From Welwitschia mirabilis (lineage: Eukaryota), in the NCBI GenBank assembly GCA_051453625.1, contig JBOZIK010000001.1:11034974-11098973 (forward strand): a stretch of 64,000 nucleotides of DNA, in the 5' to 3' direction. Shown piece by piece: positions 12,464-27,576 of the stretch (position 1 is the stretch's first letter; each line of letters starts with the position of its first letter). The notes below the pieces were generated by a model. That model saw only the letters and a program-made list of their open reading frames with translations. It had not been told where the DNA came from and did not search any database. Position numbers and translations under genes: made by a program.

Positions 12464-15400
12464 TAACTATAATAGATGTAAAGGAAATGATGTTTAAATT
12501 GTTACCAGATGAAAAAGATATTCAAGAAAGAAAATTAAGATTTTCCAAGTTGGGGAAAAAGGAAATAGCAGAACAAATAAATGAAAGTATTCATCGATTG
12601 AGAGTATTTTTTTCAATTTCCATATAAGATCCCATAAAAATAAAATTAGAAAATCTAATAGACTTGCTAAATTCTTTTTAAGGTATTTTATTAATGACAT
12701 ACCTCCATGATTACACTAAGGATAATTATTAGTACCAAATAGTTCTAGTATCATGTGCATCACTTCCAAATAAGATAGCATATTAAATGAGTCTCTATGA
12801 AAGGGAAGAAATCAACAAATGAGAACAAGAATTATTAGACATGTATCAGGTAAGAGAAAGATTTTCCTCATGTTTAGTTCCACTAGTGATGGCTCAAAAG
12901 AAGAATAGTAAATAATTGCACTTTTGTACTGATGTAAGGTTCATAAATAAGATTACAAAAAGGTACTAGTGTCTAATACCTAGAATCACTGATATGCTTG
13001 TTAATTTAACAAGCTCATGTATTCTTAGTAATTTGGATTTCAAGAGTGGTTATGGTAAAGAAGGATATAAATGAAAGATTGCTTTTAAAACTCTCAATGG
13101 TTTGTATGAATGGTTGGTAATGCAATTTTCTCTAATGTACCTAATACTTCTATGAAATTGATGGTAAATTTTTAAAGATATTTTTCAGAGAATTAGTTAG
13201 TATATTTATAGATAATATTCTAGTTTGTAGCTAGAATTTTTATAGCAAGTAGCACAAAAACTTTTGTAATGATTATAGGAGGATAAGCTTTTATTGAGTC
13301 ATAAGAAGTGTGTCTTTGCATAAGCAAAACTCATACTCCTTGGAGTGGTGGTTTATAAGGAAGGCATCAAGATGAATCCTAATAAGTTTAAATATTATGA
13401 ATTAGCTCACTTCAACATCTGTAAAATAGGTAAGGTACTAAGTCCTTATGAGTGAGCTATATTTTACAAAAATCTATTAAGGATTTGAGTAATATTTGTG
13501 CATCCACATCAGCTACTATATAGAAGGATAGAGCTTTCAAATGGATGAATGAATCTAATGTATAATTTGAAAAACTTAAAAAAAAAAGTATTCCCTTACA
13601 AACTATTCTTTCTCTTTCAAATTTCAGTAGAACATTTCAAGTAGAGTATGATACTCGTGGAAAAGCTATTAGTAAAGTTCTTATCCAAGAGGGTAAGCCC
13701 ATTACTTTCTTTTGTAAAAAGTTGATTGAAGCTAAGAAAATGTGTTTAATTCATTGAAAAGAGTTATGTATAATTTTGCAAGACTATGTCAAAGATGAAG
13801 ACCTTATTTCTTGTATAAGGAATCTGTTTTCCCCTAGTAATTGCTTTCTTTAGTAAAAAGTCATTTGAAGTCAAGCAAAAATGTTGAACTTATGAAAAAG
13901 AGTTATCTATAATTTTCTAAGATTTAAAAAAAGAAACATTATTTGCTACATAAGGAATTTATTCTTTTTACTAATTACAAGGTTTTATAATATTTGAATA
14001 GGTAAAGAAATTACAGGAGCTTAAGTTTTTCATCTAGCATAAAATTGAAAAAAGCAATAAAGTAGCCAATGTGTTGAGTAGGATTGTATGTTGGGTGATT
14101 AATAGGTGGCTTATATGATAAAATAAGTGAAAGAAATATTGAAAATAATATTAGAAATTTAAAATAATGCTAAAAAAATTATAGAAACTATGCTACTACT
14201 AACCTAAAATAAGCACACATAATTAAATAAAAATAAATCAAAGGCTTACTAAAGAACTAGTTGAGACTTAACCATTTAGTTCAAAATTCATCGTCACAAT
14301 AGCCTTTTGATAAAGTTACTTAAACTAGTTAGGTTATTTATTCAAGCTTAATTACCAAGTACATTTATTAAACCAAAAGAAAATATTGAAATAGATGAAA
14401 CATAACATTGATTAAATGAACTACTAAGCAATACATATTTTTAAGTACTTAAATTATCCTAGTTTATGATGAGCTTTAAAAATAGGAGCAAGATTGAAGT
14501 AATATTGCTTTTGCAAGTAATAAAGCAGGTGCATAATGATACTTAAATTCTTTTTAGATTTATATTGAAATACCTATTGTTATCTAAAAATGAGCTATCA
14601 AACTATATTCTCCTTTGCTGGTAAAATTATGGAATGCAGGCAAATGTTGTTGACATAGCTGGAGTTATCTAGCTTGACCTTCTTACCTTGTCTATTTGTA
14701 GAACCTTTTTTTCTAAAAAGATCCCCATTTTTTGTGGTGATCACCTTCTTATACCCTTGTTAGTTTTCTTGTTTCTATTTTTTACTCCTAAGGAATAACT
14801 ATATGGTTGGAGTTGTTATGATGATTTGCTATTTCAACCTTCTCTCTTATCTTCATGCCACTTTGCATCTTGTACCTGAAACATAATAATGAAATACATA
14901 CATACTAACTAACTAAAATGTTAATTAATAAGCATAAAAATAAATAAAAACATCTATTTGATAATGAAATATAAAATTAACATAAGGAAAAACACTATTA
15001 ATAAGTGAAATTTACATAAAATTCATCCTCATCAATTCCTAAGCTTAAATTTTTATTAGTCCCTTAACAAATAAAATATTTACAAGAGATAAAGAAAATG
15101 GACTTGGGTTGGGGGATTTTTAAGATATTTCTTAGAAGGGTAATTTATCCAAATCACGTTCATAGTACGAAAAACTTGGAAAAGTAGAAGCTATAGATTC
15201 TTGTGCTACAATTTTAGTGCTTCACAATTGTTCTTGCTTTTCATACTCAAAATTAGCACTTTTAACCTTCAATGTTGCATAAATGTATTCATGGTTTACT
15301 TGGCTTACAATGATTACTTTATATTCTATACATCACAACTTTCTTACATAGAACTCATGAAGTTATATACAAGAATCCTTCATTAAATAGAGTTCTTCTA

Positions 15401-18400
15401 CAAATCTAACCCTTATAGTTCAGTTGTTTCTATTTTATTATCTTTTGGAAGCTTTTATCTTTTTGAGAAATCTGTCTCCTTAATATTTATCCTATCCAAC
15501 TCTTTACTAATCTTCTTCCTAGAAAGTATTATTTGCATTTGTTTGGAGTAGATATCCATTTCCCTTGATATTCTATGCAGCTCTTTTAGGTAATCCTTTT
15601 GTTGAAAACTTAGTGTGGAACATCTTTCTTATAAACTTTTCTAGACTCTATGACAAGGACGGTCACTTTCTTCATGAAGAGGATTTGATAAGAATCATCA
15701 AGGGTCTCAATGAAGACCATCAAACCTTATATGATGACTAACCTTCCTACCAAGAGCTCTTTTTTATTTCCTTTTTAAGGCTATCCTTGCCTTCTTTCTA
15801 GGAACTCTGATATCGAAAGCTAAGATTTGACTCAAGACCTTTGTGTAAAGTTATCTTACCATGAATTGGAAAGTAATAGAAAACATGATAAAGAATAAAA
15901 ATGCAAGAAAATAAAAAATGTGAAAGTTATAGGTTTAATTTTACTTAATATAGACAAGAACTTGAACTTGTAATGCATTAATTTCACATGATTAAAGAGT
16001 AGTTATGATCTAAACTAAATCTGAAATAGAGTAGACTAAGACTTTTCATACTCTACTAGTGCTGAATAGGATTAAATTTCATGTTGGTATAATGTAAGTC
16101 CAAAAATCTTATTTAGTTGAAGCTAACATCATGGATACTAATGTGATTGATGTGACGTGGAGTTGATGTTATAATGGGAGTCATCCAGAATGAAGAGAAA
16201 TCATTGAGAACAATGTTAAGTGGGATGATGAGGTAATTAAAAGATATATTTAACTGGTAGTCACTCTTCGCAGTACTAGATTCAACAAAATTCATCAAGG
16301 ACTTATGCATTCTTAATAATGGGCATTGAATCCATTGTGAAGGTGATTGAAGGAGTTCGAAGATTATCATCAAGGACTTATGAGTTCTTGACAGGTTCCT
16401 TTAAATTCCCACCATCATTATAATGAAGATAAGTGTATATAAAAATGTAGAATCTCATGCTGTAGTTATAGAAAGAAGTTAAGGAGGTTCATCAAGGATG
16501 AGACCTTCCTCTCCAAAAAGTAAGTTTAAAGGATTAAAGTTAGCTTGAAATATAGTTCAAAGCTTTGGTTTTGGGCTGGTATTAGTTAACTCTTAAACTT
16601 GTGAGTCAAGGGTCTAACTTGAAATCTGATTCTAAGTTTCAACTTTAGATTAGTATCAATTAATCAAGTGATTATTTTTTCTTAATCATAGGGTAAAGAA
16701 ATACTTGGATTGGCTTGAAATATAATTCAAAGTCTCAACTTAGAGTTGATATTAGTCAATCTTTTAATACTTATTTGAATGTACATTTTTGAAGTAAGGA
16801 AGATGAATAATTTATCTTAAAATATAATTCAAAATTTTGACTATGAATTAGTGTCAACTAAAGGATTTCAGCTTTAAATGGCTGATTTGAAATCTAACCA
16901 ATAATTTTGGCTTGGGTTAATGTTAATTAGCCAAGTGATTTTCCTTCTTCTAATTAATTTAAAATTTGATTTCTAATGAAATCCTTCTAGAGAAAAATAC
17001 AAGTAACTTTTATTCTTTATATTTTCTTTAAAAATCAAAGAAAATCTTTTCTTGAGTTATTAAATATGTCCTAAAAGAATTTCTCTTAATTAAAAGTTAT
17101 CCGACATGTCCACAATAAATGTTTGATGACATGGTCTATAATTGCAAGATTCAATGGGTTCTTGCAATGGCATATATCTTAGAAAATTTAAACTAATTAT
17201 AAATCAATCTAAATTTTAACTTTAGGTTGAATCTTGGTCAGTTTGTGATCCTTTGATTTATGACCTACTTAATGATCTATGCTGATACTTGGCACACTTT
17301 TGCTATTTGATAAAATAGGTATATCATTTTTATCAAATATTCCACTTTAAAAACAAACATGTGTGCATAAGATAACTTAGTTAAATTACTCTTGTAAGAT
17401 AAGAGAATAAGATTTGTACTATAAATTGTATTTCCTTCATGTTGATCATTCATCACTTTCCATATGATCTTGAGAATCTTATTACTTAGTTACCTTATAC
17501 TTTCTTTTATCTTCTTTTATCCTTTATTCTTCATGGCTTACACTCCTTTTTTTTTTCTTGTTTCTGCCTCCAACATCAAGAAGATAAAGCATTTTTTATT
17601 TATCTTGGATTCTACACAAAAAAAATGTGCATTAGTACTATAGACCCTCAATTACCTTAAGTCTCTGTCAAATTTGAGAATGCAGTTCAGTAGCTTGCTT
17701 ATTACGATTACAAATCAACTACTAAGGTTTTTGAGGCATTAGATTCCTTCATCACTAAAGCTAGTAAGAATCACTTTAGAAGTGATTTGATTTCTCCAAG
17801 CTTTGGTGCTATAGTTCATCACTTAGTGAGCAAGTACCTGAGGTTGAGAAGTAAAGAACTACAGTAATAGCTTAACCATGGGGAGTAAACTTGCAATATT
17901 TCTTTGGATCAGCTAGCTAGATCGATGCAGGTTCTAAAAAAGAAAGTTAATCAGCTTTAGAGCATCAATCCTATCCTGAGCTTGGCTGCATTAAGTTTTA
18001 ATAAGAAAAATATAAAAAGGATAATATGGGATGTTAAACCTTATCAAAGCTTTGGCTAGTCCATCCAAAGGAGATTGATATGCTGACTGAATCTTTGAGT
18101 CAAATGCATCTCTTACCCTTAGGTAAGAATTCTATTGGGTCAACATCAAAGACTAAGCTTTCTCACAATAGAAATAAGTTTTTTAGTTGCTTTAAAAATT
18201 GAGTTGCTTAAGTGAGATAGTAGTCTATTTAAGAATTTAAGAAGTGTTTTCATTTTTACTTCTATAATTGAATGAAATAATTTCTTTACTTAATAAATTT
18301 TTTAAGTTCTATTCCTAATAAATTATTTTTTACTATTCTTATTATGGGTACATATATTCTATTAAAGGAAATTCAGACTAAACAATTCCTCAAATTGTTA

Positions 18401-18899
18401 AGATTATGCAAATTGATTTAAAACTTCAAAGTTTTCTCTTAGCTTAAATAGAATTTAATAATTGTACATATTACTGAATTGAAAATATTTAGATGCACAT
18501 TTCATTATAGACTAGAATATTTCCTTCTGAAGAGTTTTCTTTTCTGATACCTAGTTGTAATTAGGTTCTAGTTTTAGTAACTAGTTATGTCTCAGATGAC
18601 TCTCAGGGCATAACTACTCCACTTTTCATTTTCACAACTTGTATTAGCCGTAATTAGGAGAGTATAACCTTATCGTAGGAGTAAGGACCTATAGAATATT
18701 TCTTTTTTTTTAATTAAATATCTAGATCATGGCCAACTAATCCCTTAGTGAAGCTCTCGTAACTATCATATTATACTGGAAAAGAATCCTCAGATCTTGG
18801 ACCAATAGACTTCTCTTCTATGTGGGAAGAATCGTTCTAGTTAAATCAGTACTTCACTCTCCTATACACTTACAGTAGAACATTATGGTATTCCCTTTA

Positions 18900-18936
18900 T
18901 AGATATATATAGATATATATATATATATACACACAC
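18900..18936. repeat. (AT)n/(AC)n microsatellite
   Basis: Direct reading. Confidence 0.9.
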
Positions 18937-19071
18937 CTATATACATACATATTCAGAAAGTATTATGTTATGTTATAGAATGTGTCACCTTAATTTTCTT
19001 AATAAAGATAATGCACAATTTCCTATTGAAGACTTATTAAGTTAATTTCTTGATTTATAATTATTTTATTC

Positions 19072-19171
19072 ACCTTAAAGACTTGATAAATTAATAGATT
19101 TAATAAACTTTAAAGAAATGATTACCTTAAAGACTTGGTAAATTAATAGATTGAATAAACTTTAAAGAAAT
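19072..19171. repeat. Two-copy tandem repeat of ~52 bp
   Basis: accttaaagacttg(a/g)taaattaatagatt(t/g)aataaactttaaagaaat occurs twice. Confidence 0.9.
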
Positions 19172-22100
19172 TACATGTCCTTTTTATTATCTAATTTTTG
19201 AAGCTTTATTTCAGAGGTAGAGTGGAAGTATTTTTTCCACTCTATCATGGTTTCCTAAATAATTAAATATGGATTTATAATAATAATACAACCTTACTCT
19301 TTATCCATTAACTTGGTAGGTTACTTTTTCATCAAGATTATAGATTTTATGGCTCCATTCCCTATAATTTTTGTTATGGTATAGCCCTAGTCAATTTTGT
19401 TCATATTTTTATTTTGAATGGAGTTTATTAAAATCATAAATTAATATAAGAGAATTAATATAAAATCTCTTATGTTAAAATTTATTTTTCTGATTCTACT
19501 ATCATAATATATTTTAGTTTGCTATTGTTTAAGTTCTTTACATAGAAGAGCTTCTTTTCTATTTTCATCTAAAATATTCATGTTTTCTATCCATTCCTTT
19601 TGAGTTGCACCTAAATTACATTTTAATTTTTTATCTAACATTTTTATTTTAAATTTAATTAGCAAAATAGCTCTTTTCTCATAGACTAATTTATATGAAT
19701 TAAATCCTATAGTATGTTTCCAAGTTATCCTATAAGTCCATAGAGCTTTATTTTAACTTATCAACCTAATTAGTTTTCTTATTGTTTATAACTTTTCTTA
19801 ATATTCTATTGAACTCTCTATTAGTTACTTTAGCTCGGCCATTAGATTAGGGATGATAAGCAGTAGAGAAAATGTGATGGATTTCAAACTTGGTCGAAAA
19901 TTTCTTGAAAACTTCACTAGTGAAATGAGTTTCCCTATCGGATATAAGACTTTGGGAGGTTCTAAACTGATAGATGCTATTCCTAAGGAAATGTTAACTA
20001 TGTTTATAANNNNNNNNNNNNNNNNNNNNNNNNNNNNNNNNNNNNNNNNNNNNNNNNNNNNNNNNNNNNNNNNNNNNNNNNNNNNNNNNNNNNNNNNNNN
20101 NNNNNNNNNATGTTAACTATGTTTATAAAGAATAATTTATTATATCCTTAGCCTTAGCTCATTTAGTAACATAGTCAATGCAGACCCAGATGTATTTCTT
20201 TTTAAAATATGAAGGATAGGTTCAATAAAATCTATTTCTTAAACATCAAAAGGTTCAATCATTTAAATTCATTATTGTAGTATTTATAACTTTTGGCTAA
20301 ATGTACCTTTGTTTTGACATTATCACAACTTTGGACATAGATGTTTGCATACTTGAGTATGGTGGGCGAATATTATTCCATATGGAAAATTTTCATTCCT
20401 TGTTCTCTTTGCACTATAATGTTCTCCTCCTTCTCCTTCATGAGCTTCCTTTAAAATTTCTTGTTGCAAGTTTTATGCATCTTCTAATGACATGATCTTT
20501 ACATTCTCTAAATAACATCTTATCATGTCAAATATAGTTTGTAGACTTAATTAACAATTTTTTTCTTTCATAATAAGTCATAGAAGAGGGTAATCTTTTA
20601 CTTACAAGAAAATTGATAGTATCAGTATACCACATATTTGTGGTTCTCTGATAAAGGTGCTCATTGAAAAATCATCTTTTATGTTAATTTGCTCTTCATC
20701 TGGGAACTCTAGCCTTGATAAGTGATCTATGACCACGTTCTCTGTTACTTTCCTATTAATGATTTTTAGATCAAACTCCTACATTAATCATATTCATCTC
20801 ATAATTTTCGAGTTTGCTTCTTTCTTATTTATTAGAAATTTAATGACACTATGTTCAGTATGAACTTTTACTTTGTAATCTAAAATACAATGTGTAAATT
20901 TTTCTAATGCCATTACCACTACTAGCAATTCTTTCTTTGGTACTATGTAATTGGGCTGAGCTGGTTTGAAATTCTTATTATCTTCTTTTTTCTATCCTAA
21001 AACTGCACTCATAGCATGTTTAGATGCATCTGTCATAATGTAAAATGGTCTTATCCAATTTGGCCTTTATAGTACAAGTGCTAGTAGAAGCTAATATGTT
21101 AAGGTTTAATAGGGATCTTAACATTCCTTAATATTTCACATCCTTTTATAAAAGATTACTCAAAGGTTTAATGATTTTGTTGAAATTGGATATGAATCTT
21201 CTATAATATCTAACATATCCTAAGAAATATCTCAACTCTTTGAGTTTAGTTAGGGATGAAATATCTTTTATATCTTTGATTTTCTATTCATTAGTTTCAA
21301 TTCCATTTTTTCATATTTTATGTCCTAACATTATTCCATCATAATATGATTTTTCAACTAGCTAAGTTTAAGGCGTGTTTTCTCGCATCTTTATAAAACT
21401 TTTTCTAGTCTCCTAGGTAACTCTTCAAAGTTCTTTCTGAATCTTGAGAAATCATTTATAAATACTTTAACTGATCTTCTTATCATGTCTTAAAAAATAT
21501 TATTTACTAACCTTTAAAAAGTAATGGGAGCATTACATAATCCAAATGGTAGTACTTTATAAGCATAAGTACTCCAATGCCAAGTGAAATTTGTTTTGGC
21601 TTAGTTCTTTAAGGCTATAGAAACCTTATTATAGCCATTATATCTATCTAGGAAGCTATAGTATTGATACCTATACATGCTTTCTAAAAGTTGATTAATA
21701 AATAAAAGAGGAAATTGATCTTTATAGGTTATTGTATTTAACATTTTGAAGTCTATACATGCTCTTAGTTTATTTTATTTCTTTGGTACAACTATTACAA
21801 GACTAATCCATTCTGAATTAGATATTTGGTAAATGAATCCTATCTTAAAGAATTTAAAAATTAGTTGTTTAATCACCTCCTGCATATGTTGATTACACCT
21901 TCTCTCTGATTGTCGACTTGGTTTAATAAAAAAGCCTAAGTAAATTCTGTGTTAGCAGATCTTTGGATCTATTCCTTGGCTTCTTTGCTTTTGAATATTC
22001 TTTTATATCTTCTCTTCTTAGAATGAGTTAGATAGTTATTTATAATTAAAGATCTATTAGTAGCTACCTCAATATACTCTAGCTCTTCCTTAAGAGGAGG

Positions 22101-25100
22101 TTTTTCCATTTCTTTGGTTACTAAATCTTCTTCCTCATATTTCTCCTCATTTTGTTTATTTAACATCAAATTAACTTCCTATGTTATAATTGCATTGGTT
22201 CTTGCTTTGGTATTCTATACCATTTCTTCAATAGCCACTGCATCAAAAATTTTGATTTATTTTTTAAGATCTCTAAGATGAACTTCCATTACCCCTCTTC
22301 TAGAATAAAGAGTAGCATCTATAGTAGTCATCTATAGCCTCCCAAGAATTACTGCATGGGTACGTTCTTAAGTTTTCATTACTATTGAATCTAGCAAATA
22401 AATAAAACCTTTGAGTTCTATGGGTATAACCTTTAGAACTACTCCTGGCATAATTGTCAAACCATCTACTAACTTTTCCTTAGTAAGGTATTAATTTTGG
22501 TTTTTCTAATTCTTCATAAGTTTCATATGCCATAACATTAATATGTACTCCAAGATCTATAAAGTGCTTCTGCTTTAAGTTTTCCATCTATTTTCACATA
22601 TATCATAAGTGTTCCTAGATCACTGTACTTTGCATGTTGTCTATTTTGAAGAACTTATGTGGAACTCCAAGAAACTTGATCCTTTCTTACCATCTCAATT
22701 TGTTTTTATTTCTTATTTTCTTTTTTACTTTTTTGTTTTAAGCTCATGCTCTTCATCTGCTTTTAATACATAGGTACATCCTTTAATAATTTTAAAAGAG
22801 GTTTTAATATTTTTATGTCTTCTAATATCCTTAGTAAATATTTTATATTTTTTCCAACTTTTGCATGTTCTATTTGTTTATTTATCATTGGGAAAGGTTA
22901 AGAATCCACTATGGTATCATCCATTATTTTTCTTTTAGCATTTTTCTCTTCTCTATCTAGGGAATTACTAGGATTTACTTTCTTTTTTTGTGATTCATTT
23001 GTCCCTTTTCCTTTCCTAGATCTAGTATCCAGTGCTTTACTTATTTCTTCTCTAGGATTTGGTTGAGGTTGAGTAAGGATTTTTCTTTCCTTTTTTTCTA
23101 TTTCTAAATTTTATTTTTGGTCTTTTAGATCTCTATTTTTTCAATTTCTATAGTAATCATGCTGCTTTTTTCTCTTTGAGTTTACATATATTTGTAAGGA
23201 TCTCTCCATTTTTCCTTCCCATTTCCTAGTTTGGTAAGGATATGATTCCTTTTTAGTTTGAGATTGACTGCTAGAATTTAAATTCATTCTATTGATATCT
23301 AATTATTAAACAAATTCTTGCATCTAAGTGTATTTTGTTTCATCATGATTATCTTTGTCATAGTGTTTACATGTAGGTCCTTCTTCTCCCTTGAGGTGTC
23401 GCACTGCTAATAGATCAAACTTTGCTACCATACTATAAGTTATTTTTTAGCTACTTCTTCCATAAAAGTGATATTTTTTAAGTTATATACACTATCATAT
23501 AGTTTTAGAATACACACTTCATTTACTTTTTTCTTATTTTCATTTTCTTAATCCCTTACTTGAATCATGTTGTAAAACTGAGTGATGGCTACTCCTACTT
23601 CTTCGACATTTTTAGTTTTAATGCTTTCTCTACATAATAAGTCTAATTCCTTTAATGTTTAACTCTGTATTTCTCTAAGTAAGGCTCTGGCTTGTTCCCT
23701 AGATGTAATTCTATGATTAGAACATTTGTCTAACAATATGTTATACCTATTCATAAATTCATCAAATCTTTCATTCTCTCTTTGTTTAATGTATAGGATT
23801 TATTCTCTTAAATTTTTCACCATTTTCACAGGTTGAGATTTAGCTAGAAAAGCATTCTTAAGGGTTTCTCATGACCTAAAAGCATGATTATGATTCCTAT
23901 TATACCATAATTAAGCATCTCCTTTTAGGAAAAAGGGAAAATATCTTTAAAAATTAGATTCTTTTTTGACTTTTTACCTTCAAAAGTGGGTATTACAATA
24001 GTATTTATGTTTCTTACTTTATCTAGTTATTTTAAGGCTATAGGGTTAATAGGACTTAAATCATCTAATTAGTGGGTATCATGGTTCTATGGTCTTGAAT
24101 CTTCATCATCTTCCCAATACCATCCTGTGATTACCTTCTTTTTAGTTTTCTGACCTAAATGGTTTGAGAAGGTTCTTAGAGTGAATGAGGTAATGTAAGA
24201 AAGCTTTGCAATCATTGTTCAAATTTATTCATTAATTCAGGAAAGATTTGGTCTTTTACCAATTTTCATATGATTATTTCATCCTCCATAAAATCATCTT
24301 TTTCTTCTTCTAATTTAACAATATTTTCAATCCACTTATCTAGACCATATTTATGTGGATCTTTACTATAGCTACCTCTTTCATCTTTACCATTTTTCTT
24401 GACTATCTTATTGCACGGCTTTTTCCGTCATCTCTACTAATTGACTTTGGAGTGGCCTTCTTTCTAGTGCCATAATGATGGATGACTTATACATTTCACA
24501 AAATAATATCAAAAACTATAAAATAATGCTGAAAAAATGTAGAAACTATGCTACTGCTAACTTTAAATAAACATACATCATTAAATAAAAATACATCAAA
24601 GGTGTACCAAAGATCTAGTTGAGACTTAACCATTTATTTCAAAATTCATCATTACAATAGCCTTGAAATGAAGTTACTTAAACTAGTTAGCTTATTTATT
24701 TAAGCTTAATTACTAAGTACATATATTACACCAATGGAGGATACTAAAAGAAATGAAACATAATAGTAATAAAATGAACTGTTTAGTAATACTTATTTCT
24801 AAGTACTAAAATTATCCTAGTTCATGATCACTTATATAAATAAGAGTAAGACTGAAGTAATATTACTTTTGCAAGTAATAAAGCATGTGCATAATGATAC
24901 TCAAATGCTTCTCAACTTTATATTGAAATACCAATTGTTACATAAAGATGAGCTAATAAACTATGTTCTTCTTTGTAGATAATGCTATGGGATGTAGGAA
25001 AATGTTGTTGACATCTTTATAGGCTAGTTGGATATTTCTAGCTTGATCTTCTTGTCTTGTCTATTTCTAGAACCATTTTCCCAAAAAGATCCCCACTTTT

Positions 25101-27576
25101 GGTGGTGATCACCTTCTTATACACTTGTGAGTTTTTTTGTTTCCATTATTTCCTCCTAAGAAATATGTATATGGTTAGGGTTGTTATGCTAATTCGCTAC
25201 CTTGACATTCTCTCTTATCTTCATGCCATTTAATGTCCTGTACCTAAAATGTAATAATGAAATGCATAGATACTAACATACTAACTAATTAACCTTTTGA
25301 TTAGTAAGCATAAAAATAAATAAAAACATCTATTTTTTGATGAAATATATAATTTACATAAGAAAAAACACTTTATTAATAAGCAAAATATACATAAAAT
25401 TCATCCTCATTAGTAATCTTTAGCAAGTTTGATGATAACTTCTCTCATCTTTTAGAACTATATGAATGTGGTCTGTATTTCTGAGAAGTATAGAGTACAA
25501 TAAAGAGACCCTTTAAAGAGTACCACTATAATGATTGTCATATTCAATATGGTTTTCTTTATAAAGAGGTAAAATTATGTGTTCCTAAAGGTTCCATAAG
25601 GAATGAAATTTTATAGGAAAAACATAATGGAAATGTGGCAGGAAATTGTTAGGTGGATAAAACTCATGTATTGGTATAGAGGAATTACTTTTAGCCTTAC
25701 TTGTTTAAGGATGTACAAAAATAGATGAAAACCTATGAAATTTGTTATAGTCTCAAAGGAAGATTTCTAATGCAGAATTGTGCATTCCATGACTAGTCCC
25801 TACAAGACCTATAGAAGATGTAGATATTGATTTTATTCTTAGTTTACCTCAAAAAGTAATGATGTCATGTTATTAGTGGTTGATAGGCTTAGTAAAATGG
25901 CACATTTTACTTCATGTAGAAAGACAAATAATGCATCATATCAACAAATTTGTTCTTCTATTAAATTTTAAGGTTACATGCTTTACTTGGCACTACTATT
26001 ACAAATAGATATGTAAAGTTTGTATCACATTTTTAAAAACATTTGGTGAAATTATTATGAACAAATTTGCAATTATCTTTAGCATACCATTCATGAACCA
26101 AAGAGCCAAAGATTAAAGAGGATTAGTAAAATAGGGCATTGAAACTTGCTTTAATGCTTGTATGTGCTTGTGTGATGGAAACCTAAAACTATGAAAGAGT
26201 CATCTCTCTCAGGCTAAGTTTGCATACTGCAACTCCATCAATAAGAGCACAAGGAAAACACTATTTGAAGTCATGTATCAATTCCACCTAAGAATACTAG
26301 ATTTAGTTGAAAAGATAAAAGCTCCATCAATAATGACAAATGAAGTTGCAACCAAAATTGCAACTCTTCATAAATATATGAAAAGGCAACTTGAGAAATA
26401 AACTTTAAATGCCAAGGAAAATTTAATTAGCAACAATAACATGTTGAGTTTGAAGAAGGTGATATTAGGAATGGCATGCATTCAAAAAGATAAATTCTCC
26501 ATAGGAGCTCATAAAAAGCTAAAGCATAAGGGGGGAAGATCATGTAAGATCATCAAAAAGATTTCTTTAAATGCATACCTATTGGAACTTGCCAAAGGCC
26601 TTTCTTAAACTTTTAGAGTTGTAGATTTGATAAAGTATCATAGCAAGATGGAGACTAAGAACAAATTAATAAAGGATTATAAAAGATGAATAAAGGAAAG
26701 AAAAAAGTGTATGAAACACCTATAATTTTGGACCAACCAGAAAAATCTACAAGGAGAAAGTACTACAAAAACTCTTAGTTTAAATACCAAGAAAATAAAA
26801 GGAATATTTAGTTTTAATGTTTGAAAAAGATTATTACAACTAAATATGATGTAGGAAAACAATACTGCTCATGTGGTATTTCACCTTTAAGTGAGACAGG
26901 ATGATTTAAGAGCACTCTTTAGTAGAAATAAATAATTAATTAAAGGCATTAAACACTATATTTATTAGTTATTATAGTCTAGAATTTTAAGGTTTCAAGT
27001 TGAATTTTCCAAGTAGGAAATTTGGAATTAAAGGATAAAGGTATTTTTATGTATATCCAAGTCTATTAGGCTTATTTTCTATGACAAACAATGGAATCTC
27101 AGGCTATAGCCAGCTACCATGTGTCAATATCTTTCTTAGCATAAACATAACAAATCATATGCTAAATTTGGCAAAGTGATGATGAAGTTATGTCCAAATC
27201 ACTAAAGCCATCTTTTTATGTAATTTTTGGGAATTAAATCTTATAATCATTGGGTTTTAAATTAGAATTTTGTAAAAGCCTAAATTATATTTTATAAGTT
27301 TCTAATAACCTCCTCTATAGTTTAAAAGTTGGAAAGAGTATTAAAATTTTTAATATCGTGCTCATAAGATTTTTCATTTGGAGTTGAAAGCTTGTGATAG
27401 AATAGTGTTTTTAAGATGCACATGCTTGAGAAAATATTGTAAGCTTGTATTATATTAAATATTTCTTTTTAACAAAAAAAATATATTCATTAGTTATTTC
27501 CAATATTATCAATGTATTTCTAGTTTTACATTCCCTAAAATAGATCTTAGGACTTTCATTATGTTGTTCTACATCA

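Larger units (their letters stand above)
14100..25412 (-). mobile_element. Athila-like Ty3/Gypsy element 1, full length and degenerate, inserted in CRM-1 pol
   Basis: LTRs 14100-15034 and 24476-25412. TSD gtgat/gtaat. PBS tggcactagaaag (rc of 24460-24472, tRNA-Asn type). Athila-style pre-LTR tract at 15035-15070. gag ~24400-23500, protease IDLGVHIN ~22560, RT ~21900-21300, RNase H, integrase ~20600-19500. Confidence 0.92.
9249..27576 (+). mobile_element. CRM-like chromovirus (Ty3/Gypsy) element 1, with nested insertions
   Basis: LTRs 9249-9883 and 26902-27576 (tgat...catca) align end to end. PBS tggtattaaagc at 9887. Protease CKIIIDNDNIDNLVS (11101) and CDVVLMDSCHLLL (11298). RT ~12700-13350 (WLVM, YIDNIL). 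RNase H ending NKVANVLSR (~14080). Integrase ~25413-26640. Purine-rich tract before 26902. Confidence 0.88.
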
